Positions 9,796 through 19,502 of a DNA stretch of 64,000 nucleotides are shown one piece after another. This DNA comes from Alphaproteobacteria bacterium (lineage in GTDB: Bacteria; Pseudomonadota; Alphaproteobacteria; MPNO01), in NCBI GenBank assembly GCA_964291675.2, contig OZ219866.1, forward strand, positions 1,600,001 through 1,664,000. Reading direction: 5' to 3'. Position numbers and translations under genes: made by a program. Each line of letters opens with the position of its first letter. Position 1 is the first letter of the stretch. The notes under the pieces are model-generated. The model saw only the letters and a list, made by a program, of their open reading frames with translations. It had not been told where the DNA came from and ran no database searches.

Positions 9796-10713
9796 TTACG
9801 CCGGGATGTTCATAACGGGTATGCCGAGCTGGCGAGCTTTATCGACGAGGTTCCCGGTGATGCCGCTACCGGGGAACGCGATGACGCCCTTGGGCAGCAG
9901 GTTGAGAAGCTCGTCGTTCCTGCGGAAGGGAGCGGCCTTGCCGTGAGCCTGCCAATCCGGGCGGCAGATCACCTGGTTGATGCCGCGCGCCTCGGCCCAG
10001 CTCGCGGCGATCTTCTCGACGCCCGGTCCGCCGCCGTGCAGCAGAACCATGTCGCCGTGCTTCGCCTTGGCCAGGTCGAGGGTGCTCCAGACCGCGTCCG
10101 CGTCGGCGACGTTCTTCCCGCCGGCGATCGCCACCAGTGTGCCGTCCGGCAGGTGCGCGCGGGTCTCGCGGTCCTTGCGGGCGCGGCGGAAGTCGCGGGC
10201 GTCGATGGCGGCCGAGGTGAGCTGGCCGGACCGGCTCGTGTGCGAACCGTGGCGTGGGCGCCACACGTCTCCGGTGTGGACGCGGTAGGCTTCGGCGGCA
10301 TGATCGCGCAGCGCCTCGAAGGCGTCGCGCCGGTCGCCCAGGTTGCGCGCCCGGTCCGTCAAGGTCTCGAGCTCGTGCGCCTTCACCTCGGTGCCGTCCT
10401 GGGCGCGCTCCAGGTCGCGCATCTCCGGGACGATGCGGTCGACGGTCCGGTCGAGGCGGGCGATCTGGGAATGGAAGCAGTTGACCAAGCCCCACAGCAG
10501 GGCCTCGCGCTCGTCGGCGAGCTGGGTCCCCTCGACGGTGATGCCGTCGACGATGACGCGGATCGCCTCGGACAAGGCGTCGATGGCGTCGTCGCGGTCC
10601 CAGACGTCGCGGCTGTCGAGCTCGCCGCGCTCCGGCGCCGCGCCGTAGAGGGCCATGCTCTCGCAGACGGCGGCGGTCGGGGAAGCGGTGGGGGTTGCGT
10701 TGGCGGCGGTCAT
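9796..10713 (-). CDS. DUF2493 / YspA-related SLOG family protein
   Basis: LVAIAGG...LLHGGGPGVEKIAASWAEARG...APFRRNDELL...IAFPGSGITGNL; typical of alphaproteobacterial plasmid/ICE backbones; GGAG RBS. Confidence 0.85.
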   Translation of the reverse strand: MTAANATPTASPTAAVCESMALYGAAPERGELDSRDVWDRDDAIDALSEAIRVIVDGITVEGTQLADEREALLWGLVNCFHSQIARLDRTVDRIVPEMRDLERAQDGTEVKAHELETLTDRARNLGDRRDAFEALRDHAAEAYRVHTGDVWRPRHGSHTSRSGQLTSAAIDARDFRRARKDRETRAHLPDGTLVAIAGGKNVADADAVWSTLDLAKAKHGDMVLLHGGGPGVEKIAASWAEARGINQVICRPDWQAHGKAAPFRRNDELLNLLPKGVIAFPGSGITGNLVDKARQLGIPVMNIPA

Positions 10714-10817
10714 GACGATCTCCCTGGTTGCGCGGGGCGTGATGCCCCGTCGTGGTGTTTTTCCGCGCGGGCGGCGGCAATGAAGGGCGCGATGCGGGCG
10801 GCGGGAACGGTGCCGGC

Positions 10818-11054
10818 TCACAGGAGGGGATGGGTCTCGACCCAGCGCTCGACGGCCTGGCGCAGCTCGCTACGCTCGGTCACGCGCTTCCAGCCGCGCC
10901 AGTCCTCGACGAGCCAGATCAGGTAGTGGTGCCGGCCCAGCTCAAGGATGTCCTCGTCCTTGAAGATGTCGCCGACGTGCTGGCCGGCCCGGTAGATTCT
11001 CACCTCGTCGGGGGCGGCGAGCTTGAAGGCGAGGTCGGTCGTGTAGCGTCCCAT
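10818..11054 (-). CDS. Hypothetical protein (78 aa)
   Basis: AAGGGGAG RBS; high-GC codon usage; co-oriented with backbone genes. Confidence 0.75.
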   Translation of the reverse strand: MGRYTTDLAFKLAAPDEVRIYRAGQHVGDIFKDEDILELGRHHYLIWLVEDWRGWKRVTERSELRQAVERWVETHPLL

Positions 11055-11121
11055 CGGCGTGCTCCCCTTCGTTGGTGGCGGGCGGGTTCTCTCTCTTCCT
11101 CCCGCTCATCGCTCACACCGA

Positions 11122-12108
11122 CTATTGCTGTCCTCTCTCTCTCGCGAAGCGGTGGACCGGAGCGAGGCGGGCGGCGATCGCGGCGGCGCCGAGCGTGACC
11201 AGCTCGTCGTTGAAGTCGTTGCCCAAGGGGACGATGACCGTGGCGGCGACGCCCGCTCGCGCGCAGCGTCGGGCGAGGCGTTCCGCCGCGCGCTCGCCTT
11301 TCGGGTCGTTGTCGCGGGCGACGACGAGCTGCGTCACGCCGGGGGGCGGCGCGAACGCGCCGAGGCTGCCGGCCGACAGCGCCGCGGCGGCAACGGTGTC
11401 CGGCATCGCGGTCACGATGGAGAGAACCGTCTCGATCCCCTCGCCCACCAGCAGCGTGGCGGGCGCCGGGTCGCCGAAGCGGACGGCCAGGCCATGGACG
11501 CGGCCCAGCGCCTTGCGCGGGCGCGGCAAGTTCGCCTTGGCCGGTTTCCGAGGATCCAGCCACGTCCGATGCACGCCCGCGATGGTGCCGTCGGCGCCCG
11601 TCACGGCGGCGACCAGCGCGGGGAGGCGGCGCACGCCGCCTTCGTCGCGATGCAAGAGTGCGGGATGGAAGCGGAGCGCGGGGAAGCGACAACGGTGGAT
11701 CGCCCTGGCGCGCAGATAGGTTTCGGCATGGGTGCCGTCGATGGCGCGGCAGCGTTGCCACAGGCGGCGCGCCGCCTCCGTGCGGTCGTAGCCGTCGGGG
11801 TGGGAGAGGGAAGGGCTGGGGGGCGTGGAGAGAAACGCGCGCGCCTCGGCCAGGGCGGCGCGCAGCGAGCCCGCGCCGGAGGCGACGCGGACGAGATCGA
11901 GCAGATCGCCGTGCTCTCCGGTGCTCGCGTCGGTCCACTTCCCCGGCGTGCCGGGCGGGGCCAGGCGGACGAACAGGGAGCGCCCGCGGGCGCCGCGGAT
12001 GTCGCCGGCGACCCAGTAACGACCGCTCCGGCGGCCGCGGGGGAGGTATCTCCGGCAGACCTCCTCGGCGCGCTTGCCCAGCGCGGCGGCGACGCGGGCG
12101 GCGTTCAC
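11122..12108 (-). CDS. Toprim-domain DNA primase (plasmid/ICE type)
   Basis: GKWTDASTGEHGDLLDL, AETYLRAR, GVHRTWL, VGEGIET, ARDND, DFNDEL; GTG start. Confidence 0.88.
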   Translation of the reverse strand: MNAARVAAALGKRAEEVCRRYLPRGRRSGRYWVAGDIRGARGRSLFVRLAPPGTPGKWTDASTGEHGDLLDLVRVASGAGSLRAALAEARAFLSTPPSPSLSHPDGYDRTEAARRLWQRCRAIDGTHAETYLRARAIHRCRFPALRFHPALLHRDEGGVRRLPALVAAVTGADGTIAGVHRTWLDPRKPAKANLPRPRKALGRVHGLAVRFGDPAPATLLVGEGIETVLSIVTAMPDTVAAAALSAGSLGAFAPPPGVTQLVVARDNDPKGERAAERLARRCARAGVAATVIVPLGNDFNDELVTLGAAAIAARLAPVHRFARERGQQ

Positions 12109-12173
12109 GGCGCGCACCGCGCGAGCGAGAGCGGGCCGGCGGAGCCAGGACCGAGGGCGGGGATGGGACGCAT
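12105..12173 (-). CDS. 22-aa micro-ORF coupled to primase (leader peptide or deletion scar)
   Basis: GGAGAGAGG RBS; MRPIPALGPGSAGPLSLARCAP*; TGA overlaps the primase GTG (GTGA). Confidence 0.4.
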   Translation of the reverse strand: MRPIPALGPGSAGPLSLARCAP

Positions 12174-12316
12174 GGCCAGACCTCTCTCCGGATGTTGCGA
12201 GGGACGCGCCCCGGTCCCGGCCGACGCCCGGCCTCCCGCCGGCGCAGCGACGGCGGGCGATGTGCGAAGCGCGAGCCCCGCCGCCCGGCCGGGGAGGACT
12301 CCGGGCCGGCTGCATG

Positions 12317-12362
12317 AAGAAAGGGGCCGGAGCCGCGCAGGGAGAAACGCGGCTCCGGCCCC
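12317..12362 (-). terminator. Rho-independent terminator after ssb
   Basis: 15-bp stem GGGGCCGGAGCCGCG/CGCGGCTCCGGCCCC followed by TTTCTT on the minus strand. Confidence 0.75.
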
Positions 12363-12388
12363 ACTGGGCGCGGGAGGGAGAAGGCCCG

Positions 12389-12832
12389 CTAGAAGGGTAT
12401 CTCGGCACCCGTCTGGGACGGCTCGGCGGCGGGCGCGGCGGCCTCACCGGTCGACGCCGGGGCGCCGTTGCCGTTGGCCGGCTTGTCGAGGAATTGCACC
12501 CTGCCGCCGGGAACCAGCAGGATCTCGGTCGAGAAGCGGTCCGAGTCCTCGCCGTCCTTGCGCCAGCGCCGGGTCTGCAGCTTGCCCGCGACGTAGACGA
12601 GGCGGCCCTTCTTCGCGTGCTTCTCCAGCATGTCGATGAGACCGTTCTGGAAGGTCACGACGCGGTGCCACTCGGTCCGGTCGATGCGATCGCCCCCAGC
12701 GTTCTTGTCCAGATAGCTCTCGTCGGTCGCCACCGACATGTTGGCCACGCGCCCGCCGGACGCCAGATGGTTCACGGTCACATCGTCGCCCAGGCGGCCG
12801 ATGATCTGCGCGGAGTTGAGTCCAAACGCCAT
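12389..12832 (-). CDS. ssb: Single-stranded DNA-binding protein
   Basis: LNSAQIIGRLG, RTEWHRVV, KGRLVYVAGKLQTRRW, C-terminal EIPF. Confidence 0.96.
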   Translation of the reverse strand: MAFGLNSAQIIGRLGDDVTVNHLASGGRVANMSVATDESYLDKNAGGDRIDRTEWHRVVTFQNGLIDMLEKHAKKGRLVYVAGKLQTRRWRKDGEDSDRFSTEILLVPGGRVQFLDKPANGNGAPASTGEAAAPAAEPSQTGAEIPF

Positions 12833-13198
12833 TGTGCGTCTCCTTGAGTTTCCGGTTGATGACGAAGGTTGCCGAACGGGCCGGTTCGCTCTCGATCCCC
12901 TTCCCGTTCACCCCTCTGAAAGCTCCTCCCGACCTCTCGCCTGCCGTCCGCCCCGGCGCCGGCCGATTAGCCGCCGGCCTCGCAGACCGCACCGGACGGC
13001 GGAAGCGGCGCGGGGCACGGCCCTGGCGCCGATGGCGGGAGCGCGGCGGCGCTGACGGAGACGACGGGTGCTGGCGGGACGGCGCCGGCGCGGCGCGAGG
13101 CGCCCGGCGTGGAAGCCGGGTCGGCGCCGGCTCTCGCACGGTGGGCGGAGTGGGGCCCCAAGAGTCTTGAGAGGCACGGCCTTGGGGTTGCGGAAGGG

Positions 13199-14014
13199 CT
13201 ACGGCACGCCGGTGAGCGATGGGGCCAGCAGCGGCACGTTGGAGAGGATTTCCACCTGGTCGATGCGGAGACCGAGGAAGGCGAGGCAGGCCGCCGTCTC
13301 GGCTTCCGTGTCATAGGTGCCGTGGTCGATCCCCGTCTCCAGCTCGATCACGCTGTAGAACGGGGGGCCCGGCTGCGCGGCCTGCCAGGCGGGGGCGCGG
13401 GTGTTGGAACGCTCCGCGCAGGCGGGGCAGCGGGCGGAACCAGCCGTGCCGGCCCCGCAATCCACGCATTGCCGCCTCGCCCTTCGCCGGGCGTATCGTT
13501 TGCGATCGGCGGCTCTCTTGCGCTCGGGCGAGACCCGTTCCGCCTCCAGCGCGGCGTGCCGGGCGCAGCGCGACGAGCCGCCGGTCGCGGGCTCTCCGCA
13601 ACGCACGCAGACGCGGGCGGCGCGGCGTGCCGCATAGCGCCGGCGATCGAGCGCGCGCCGCGCCTCGGCGCAGGCCTCGCAGACCGAACGGCCGTCCTCG
13701 GGCGGGTTGCGGCCGCAATTCGTGCAGAGCCCCGCTTCGCGCCGCGCGCGGCGGCGTCGCCTGTCGCCGGCGCGGTCGGCGCGGCGACACTTGACCGAAT
13801 CGCGGCCGGCGTATGGCTTGCCCAGGGCTCGCGTCCGGGCGCGGCGGGCCTTGTCCGCGGCGCGGCGCTTCTCGCCGCAGCTCGCGCAGACCTTCAGGCC
13901 GGGCTCGGGTGCGGCTTTGGCGCACCGCGTGCATATCAGATTCTTGAGACGCTCGGCGTGCCGTCGGCGCAGGCGGGTATTGGCGCTTTCCCGCGCGGAG
14001 CCGCTGCCAGGCAT
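13199..14014 (-). CDS. Cys/Arg-rich multi-zinc-ribbon protein
   Basis: CTRC/CASC, CTNC/CEAC, CVRC/CARH, CVDC/CPAC pairs separated by Arg-rich helices; start uncertain. Confidence 0.7.
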   Translation of the reverse strand: MPGSGSARESANTRLRRRHAERLKNLICTRCAKAAPEPGLKVCASCGEKRRAADKARRARTRALGKPYAGRDSVKCRRADRAGDRRRRRARREAGLCTNCGRNPPEDGRSVCEACAEARRALDRRRYAARRAARVCVRCGEPATGGSSRCARHAALEAERVSPERKRAADRKRYARRRARRQCVDCGAGTAGSARCPACAERSNTRAPAWQAAQPGPPFYSVIELETGIDHGTYDTEAETAACLAFLGLRIDQVEILSNVPLLAPSLTGVP

Positions 14015-14029
14015 GACCGGAACCCCCGA

Positions 14030-14356
14030 TCAGCGCGCGAAACGCATGGCATCGAGGCCGCTCGCGCGCAAACCCCAGATTTGTACCCCAGAGGCCTTGA
14101 GATCGAGGGCGGTGCAGACGACGATTTCGTCGCGCTCGGGGCGGATCTTCCTGACATCGCCCGCGCTGACGATGGTGCGTTTCGGCTTGCGTCCGCCCCT
14201 TTTCGCCTTCGGCTGCTCGGGTTCGACCGGGTCGATTTGCCCGTCGGGCCGGGAGCGGAAACGCTCGACCACGTAGCGCTCCCCGTCGAGCCCCCGCCCG
14301 AATACGTGGATCAAGAACGTGTGCGCGTTGCGACGCGATGGTCGGCGGATCCGCAC
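14030..14356 (-). CDS. Hypothetical protein
   Basis: GGAGG RBS before GTG at 14356; co-oriented and just upstream of the zinc-ribbon gene. Confidence 0.55.
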   Translation of the reverse strand: MRIRRPSRRNAHTFLIHVFGRGLDGERYVVERFRSRPDGQIDPVEPEQPKAKRGGRKPKRTIVSAGDVRKIRPERDEIVVCTALDLKASGVQIWGLRASGLDAMRFAR

Positions 14357-14716
14357 GGCTTGCCTCCCCTTCCTGTGCGATGGCGAAGGCCGGGACCTCT
14401 CTCCTCGGCGCCGCCCGGCCGCCCCGCTCCCGGCCGACCGCCCGCTCCCGCCGGCGCCGGGACGGAACCGCGGCGCAGAGAACGGGTTGGGGCGGATCAC
14501 GGACCGGCGGGCGCCGGTGGGACGCCCCGGGCCGATGGGCAGGGGAAAGCGAAGGGATCGCGGGCGCCGCACTGGCGACGGACTGCGCGGCCGGCTGGCA
14601 TGGAACCATTGCCGAGCCTTCGCCGTTCGGCGGGAGCGGACATTGCAGTAGCCTTGCGATGCCTATCGCGGCACAGTCGGTAAGCGGGTGACCGGTTCAG
14701 TGGGGGGAGAAGGCTC

Positions 14717-14985
14717 ATGAGAGCGCTCTTGGCGGCCCTGGTATTGGGCCTCGTCGCGGCGACGCATGCGCTCGCGGCCGAGAAGCTGCGTATCGCCACG
14801 ACCGGAGACTATCCGCCGTTCAACCATGTCTACGCTGCCGGCGAGATCGCGGGCTTCGACATCGCGCTCGCGCTCTGCGCACAGATCGGTGCCGAGTGCG
14901 AGATCGTGCTGGAGAAATGGGAGCGGCTGATCCCGGAGTTGCGCACCGGCAGCTTCGACGCCATCGCCGCCAGCATGCCGATCCC
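14717..14985 (+). pseudogene. Truncated amino-acid ABC substrate-binding protein (family 3)
   Basis: Signal peptide plus LRIATTGDYPPF...GFDIALALC...WERLIPELRTGSFDAIAASM; ends at about one third of normal length. Confidence 0.85.
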
Positions 14986-14989
14986 GTCC

Positions 14990-15068
14990 GAAGCCCGTAT
15001 GCGATGAACAGCATCAGGATCGCCGGATCGCGCTTGTCGATGCCCCCGTCGCCCGTAACAGACGCCAC
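14990..15068 (-). pseudogene. Tyrosine recombinase box I relic
   Basis: KRDPAILMLFIAYGLR matches the RDxAILxLxxxYGLR motif. Confidence 0.6.
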
Positions 15069-15656
15069 CAGCCCACGACATCCTCGCGCGGCAGCCCCTT
15101 GCTGTGTGATGCGGGAGGCCGGGGGCGCGCTCCGCGCCGCTGCCCGGCTGCCCCCTCCCGGCCACGCCCCGGCTCACCGTTGCGCGCGGGCGGAGGGCCG
15201 GATGACCGGTCGCGCCTCCTGGCCGGAGATCCGCGGGGGACATGTCGCCCCACCTCGCACGCGGGCACGCTACAGGCTCACGCACGGTTGACCAAGAATT
15301 AAACCCAATTCCGCCGTGGAATCGTTGCCTTTGGTCCAACCGGCGGGAGCACCGGATCGACGATGACACCGTATAGGAAGAGTTCGATTGCCTGGCGGAA
15401 GTCGTCGTCCGGTTCCTTGATCTCAAGGTTCTTCTTCCTGGAGCAGTCCGGCCCCGGAATCATGACGCTATGCTCTGGCCGGGGGAGGATCGGGCTCCAT
15501 CGAGTGTTGGATGAGTACGGGCGACGTGGCAGATTTCTATTCGGACGGGTAGCTATATACCCGAGCCCATTCCGCTTCGTTGCCTGATCGCCCACGGTCT
15601 GCCGCCAAAACGTCCCGGACATGCGTATTCACGCAGGAAGGCATGCGCTTAATGAA

Positions 15657-18600
15657 ATGTTCGAGATAACCAAGGACCAACTCTGTCAGTTGAGCGATGT
15701 CCATTTGCGGGAACTTGTCGCCCGCTTGTGCGAAGCCGAGCTGCGCGCGGCAGGTGCTCCGGTCAGCGCCGTCAAATGGGCCGGCGCGCACACGGCGCCG
15801 GATGGCGGCCTGGATGTGGAGTGCCGTGTCGATGAGCAGGATTTTCGCGGTGATTTCGTACCCCGTCCTAGAACGGGTTATCAGGTCAAGAAGTCGAAAA
15901 TGCCTCCGGCGAAGATTGCGAGGGAGATGTCTCCCAAGGGGCGACTCCGGCCCATGTTCGCGGATCTTGCCGCCAGCAACGGCTGTTACGTCATCGTCAG
16001 CCTCGGAGACGACCCTGCTGGCGATGCAGCAACCCGGCGACAGAAGGCAATCCGGGAGCAGATCGCCAAGGTCCCCAATCCGGGCAATCTGCAAACCGGC
16101 TTCTATGGCCGCGCCGAGCTCGCAAACTGGCTTCGCCAACATCCGGGCGTGCAGTTGTGGGTACGTGACATACTCGGTATGCCGCTCGACGGCTGGAAGC
16201 CGTTCGGCAGGTGGACCAATGTACCGCCAAGCGACAATGACGAACTGATCTGTAGAGCGGGCGTTTCCATCGTCCTGCCTGGAGAGCACACCGAAAAGCT
16301 CGATATTCTCCAGGGAATAGGGAAAATCCGGGACCTGGTAGGAACCTCGGAAAAGGCGTTGCGCATTGTGGGCCTTTCCGGGGTCGGAAAATCGCGAATC
16401 GTGCAGGCGTTGTTCGAGGACTCGGTTGGAGACCGTCCTCTTCATCGAAGCCTCGCCATCTACGCCGATCTTGGCACGGCGCCGGTACCTTCTCCGCGCC
16501 AGATGCTGGCCCGTCTAAAGGCGGAAAGCCGGTCCGCCATCCTGGTTCTCGACAACTGCCCCGTCGACACGCACAATCTTCTCGCAAGCGAGGCTTCCGC
16601 CGCACCGGATGTCCGCCTCATCACCATCGAATACGACATCCGGGACGACAAGCCGGAGATCACCACTGTCATACGGATCGACGCCGAAGGCACCGAAATC
16701 GTGGAAGCGCTGTTGCCGAGGCGTTACCCGAGACTTGGCCAAGTCAATTCAAGGAGGATCGCCGAGTTTTCCGGCGGAAACGTCCGTCTCTCGCTGGCAC
16801 TCGCGGATGCCGTCGGCCTTGAAGAAAATCTTTCCAGTTTCTCCAATACCCAGTTGTTCGACAGGCTCTTCCACCAACGGGATGCTCCCGACACGAATCT
16901 TCTAACCGCGGCCCAAACTTTGGCCCTGGTGTATTCGTACTCGATCGGAACCGACGAAGGCGGCGTCGACGAGCTTGCAACGCTCGCTCGATTGGTCGGA
17001 CAGACCAGACTGGAATTGCACCGAGCAACACAAAGCCTCCTCGAACGGCAACTCGCACAGAAAAGGGGCGACTGGCGGGCCATCCTCCCACCGGCGCTGT
17101 CCAACCACCTTGCCGCCAAGGCTCTCGACAATATCCCGACTGACGATATTCGGGTTACGTTCGAGAACCTTCCGAATTGGCGCCTTCTGAAATCCTTCGC
17201 CAAGCGACTCGGTTATCTCCACGATCATGACGTTGCGCTGCGGATCGTTCGATCCTGGTTGTCGCCGGGCGGCCTGCTTCATGCTGTAGAGTCCCTTGAC
17301 GATGACCGGATGCAGCTGTTCTCCAGTATTTCTCCGGTGGCCCCGAGCTTGACGCTCGAAACCATTGAAGCCCGGGCGAGACTGCCCGAGTACGAACGGC
17401 TCGTCGTCGAAACCGGCCATCGCGCCCGGACGATCGCACTTCTCCTTTGCGCAATCGCGTATGACGCAGCGCTCTTCGAACGGTGCGTCAACCTGCTGGT
17501 TCCCTTAGCGGTCGCCACGAGCGATGACAGCCATCCGCAGAGCGATGTACCTGGTCGGCTCTATGATCTGTTTGCACTATATCTCTCGGGTACCGAGGCC
17601 GAGCTCGACACCCGCGAGCGGACAGTGCGCCGCTTTCTGTTTGGTTCCCACGGAACCCAACGAAGGGCCGGGTTGGGGATGCTTGAGGCTGCACTCAAGA
17701 GCGGATACTGGGCATCCTTGGCCGCCACCTTCGAATTCGGAGCCCGCCCGCGCTCCTTAGGATACTTTCCGCAAACACAAGTAGAACGCGAACGATGGTA
17801 CTTGCAGTTCATCGGTATCGCCCGTGAGGCCGCTACCCATGCGGACACCGAGCTTTCCGATAGTGCACGCGAGCTGCTGGCGGGCGAGTTCCGGGAGCTA
17901 TGGCAAATTGCGGCGGTACGGCTCGCGCTCAAGGATGCTGCGGCGGCCATAAACGACCACAGATCCTGGCCAGCGGGATGGCGGGCCATCCGGTCTATCA
18001 AGTTCTTCGACTACCGTGATGTCGACGGTCAAAGCGTGCCGGATGGTATCGAACTTCTGGACGAACTGGATGTTCTCCTTCGACCGACCAGGCTTTCCGA
18101 CGAAGTCAGGACATACGTATGCGGCGAGGGCCATCGTCACTTCTCATTGCTCGACGAATTCGACCTCGAGGATGACACGAGTAGCAAGGAATCGCACCGC
18201 CGTGCGGCCTCACGTGCTCAGGATCTCGGCCTAGCCGTCTGCAACGAGCCTGAAGTCCTCGACGAGATTTCGGGACACCTGTTCACAAGCGAGACAGTCT
18301 TCGTGATGGACTTTGGCGAGGGTTTGGCAACCGCTTGCGGCGATCCGAGGACGCTTTGGGACCAGCTTGTAGGATACTTGGAGCTGGCAGGAGACCAAAC
18401 GACGCATTGCCTTGTGCTGCACGGCTTTCTCCTTGGTGTTTTCAAACGCGACGAGGCCTTGGCGAGAACGATACTCGACGACACGGCATCGAACCGGGTG
18501 CTTCGAAGGTTCATTGTGGGTCTGCACCTCTCGGTCCCGATCTCTCCGGATACGATCGGCATCTTCCTTCGGGCCCTTGAATTCGACGATACGCCACTTG

Positions 18601-19502
18601 AGCAGTTCAACGGACTCGCGTGGCAACAACCCCCTGGCGCGTTGACCGATGTGCATCTTCACGACCTGTTCCTTGAGTTACTGCAGAAACCAGGCGGAGC
18701 GCCGGTGATCATCACCGGACTGGGCATGCGCATTAATGCTTTGAAGGACGATGAATTCAGCTTCGGCCCAAGGCTAAAGCGCATTGGTTTGCTAGCCTCG
18801 GCTGCTGTATTTCGGAATGCGCCACACCGTTACGGCCGTTCTGACGACCACCATCTCTCGCGCGTCCTCGACTATTGTCTCAATGAAGCGCAGTTTCCGC
18901 GGGAGACCATGCAGGTCGTCGACGCCTTTATCGCCCGGGCGAAAATCACCTATGGCAACATGGGCGGTCTTCACAGAGCTACTTCTGTTATCGCGGAAAG
19001 GGCTCCGCTTCGTTTTCTGGATGGCGTCTTCCTGGACCCGGAGCTCGAGCCCTATCAGAGCCGTGAGCTGTTCACCGAACGACACCATCGGCCTACTGCC
19101 CTAGCCGGTGTCAGCACTGCGGCGCTAATGGAGTGGTGCGGACAAGGCGAGTTCCAGGCTCGGCTAACCATGCTCTCGTGGGCGATTCATCCGTTTGAGA
19201 GAGAGGAGCAGGGCGATAGCGTTACGTTCTCCGAACAGGCGTATGCCATTATCGATTCGACTCAAGACCCAGCCGCCGTTCTCGGAAACTTTGCGGACTC
19301 CGTTCGGCCGAGCGGTTGGTCGGGAAGCCTTGCCGACATCATCGCAAGACGCCGCCGCCCCTTCGACCTGCTGTTGGGACACGAACGAACGGATATCCGA
19401 TGCCAAGCCGAAAAGCTCGTAACTCGGATCAAGGACGAAGAGCGTCGGGAGCGGGAACGCGAGAAGGCACAAGATCAAGCGCGCGACCAACGATTTGAGT
19501 AA
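15657..19502 (+). CDS. Restriction-endonuclease-like domain + STAND P-loop NTPase + long helical C-terminus (Avs/NLR-like)
   Basis: N-terminal PDGGLD...YQVK (Mrr-like PD..QxK), Walker A GLSGVGKS, Walker B ILVLDNC, FSGGNVRL; about 1280 aa. Confidence 0.8.
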   Translation: MFEITKDQLCQLSDVHLRELVARLCEAELRAAGAPVSAVKWAGAHTAPDGGLDVECRVDEQDFRGDFVPRPRTGYQVKKSKMPPAKIAREMSPKGRLRPMFADLAASNGCYVIVSLGDDPAGDAATRRQKAIREQIAKVPNPGNLQTGFYGRAELANWLRQHPGVQLWVRDILGMPLDGWKPFGRWTNVPPSDNDELICRAGVSIVLPGEHTEKLDILQGIGKIRDLVGTSEKALRIVGLSGVGKSRIVQALFEDSVGDRPLHRSLAIYADLGTAPVPSPRQMLARLKAESRSAILVLDNCPVDTHNLLASEASAAPDVRLITIEYDIRDDKPEITTVIRIDAEGTEIVEALLPRRYPRLGQVNSRRIAEFSGGNVRLSLALADAVGLEENLSSFSNTQLFDRLFHQRDAPDTNLLTAAQTLALVYSYSIGTDEGGVDELATLARLVGQTRLELHRATQSLLERQLAQKRGDWRAILPPALSNHLAAKALDNIPTDDIRVTFENLPNWRLLKSFAKRLGYLHDHDVALRIVRSWLSPGGLLHAVESLDDDRMQLFSSISPVAPSLTLETIEARARLPEYERLVVETGHRARTIALLLCAIAYDAALFERCVNLLVPLAVATSDDSHPQSDVPGRLYDLFALYLSGTEAELDTRERTVRRFLFGSHGTQRRAGLGMLEAALKSGYWASLAATFEFGARPRSLGYFPQTQVERERWYLQFIGIAREAATHADTELSDSARELLAGEFRELWQIAAVRLALKDAAAAINDHRSWPAGWRAIRSIKFFDYRDVDGQSVPDGIELLDELDVLLRPTRLSDEVRTYVCGEGHRHFSLLDEFDLEDDTSSKESHRRAASRAQDLGLAVCNEPEVLDEISGHLFTSETVFVMDFGEGLATACGDPRTLWDQLVGYLELAGDQTTHCLVLHGFLLGVFKRDEALARTILDDTASNRVLRRFIVGLHLSVPISPDTIGIFLRALEFDDTPLEQFNGLAWQQPPGALTDVHLHDLFLELLQKPGGAPVIITGLGMRINALKDDEFSFGPRLKRIGLLASAAVFRNAPHRYGRSDDHHLSRVLDYCLNEAQFPRETMQVVDAFIARAKITYGNMGGLHRATSVIAERAPLRFLDGVFLDPELEPYQSRELFTERHHRPTALAGVSTAALMEWCGQGEFQARLTMLSWAIHPFEREEQGDSVTFSEQAYAIIDSTQDPAAVLGNFADSVRPSGWSGSLADIIARRRRPFDLLLGHERTDIRCQAEKLVTRIKDEERREREREKAQDQARDQRFE

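Noticed and set aside
4680-14400. Self-transmissible ICE
   Set aside because: No coupling protein or mating-pair genes in the window; they could lie further left, so only mobilizable status is supported.
15299-15622. 107-aa minus-strand ORF divergent from the STAND gene
   Set aside because: No recognisable motif or RBS; may be a relic but cannot be supported.
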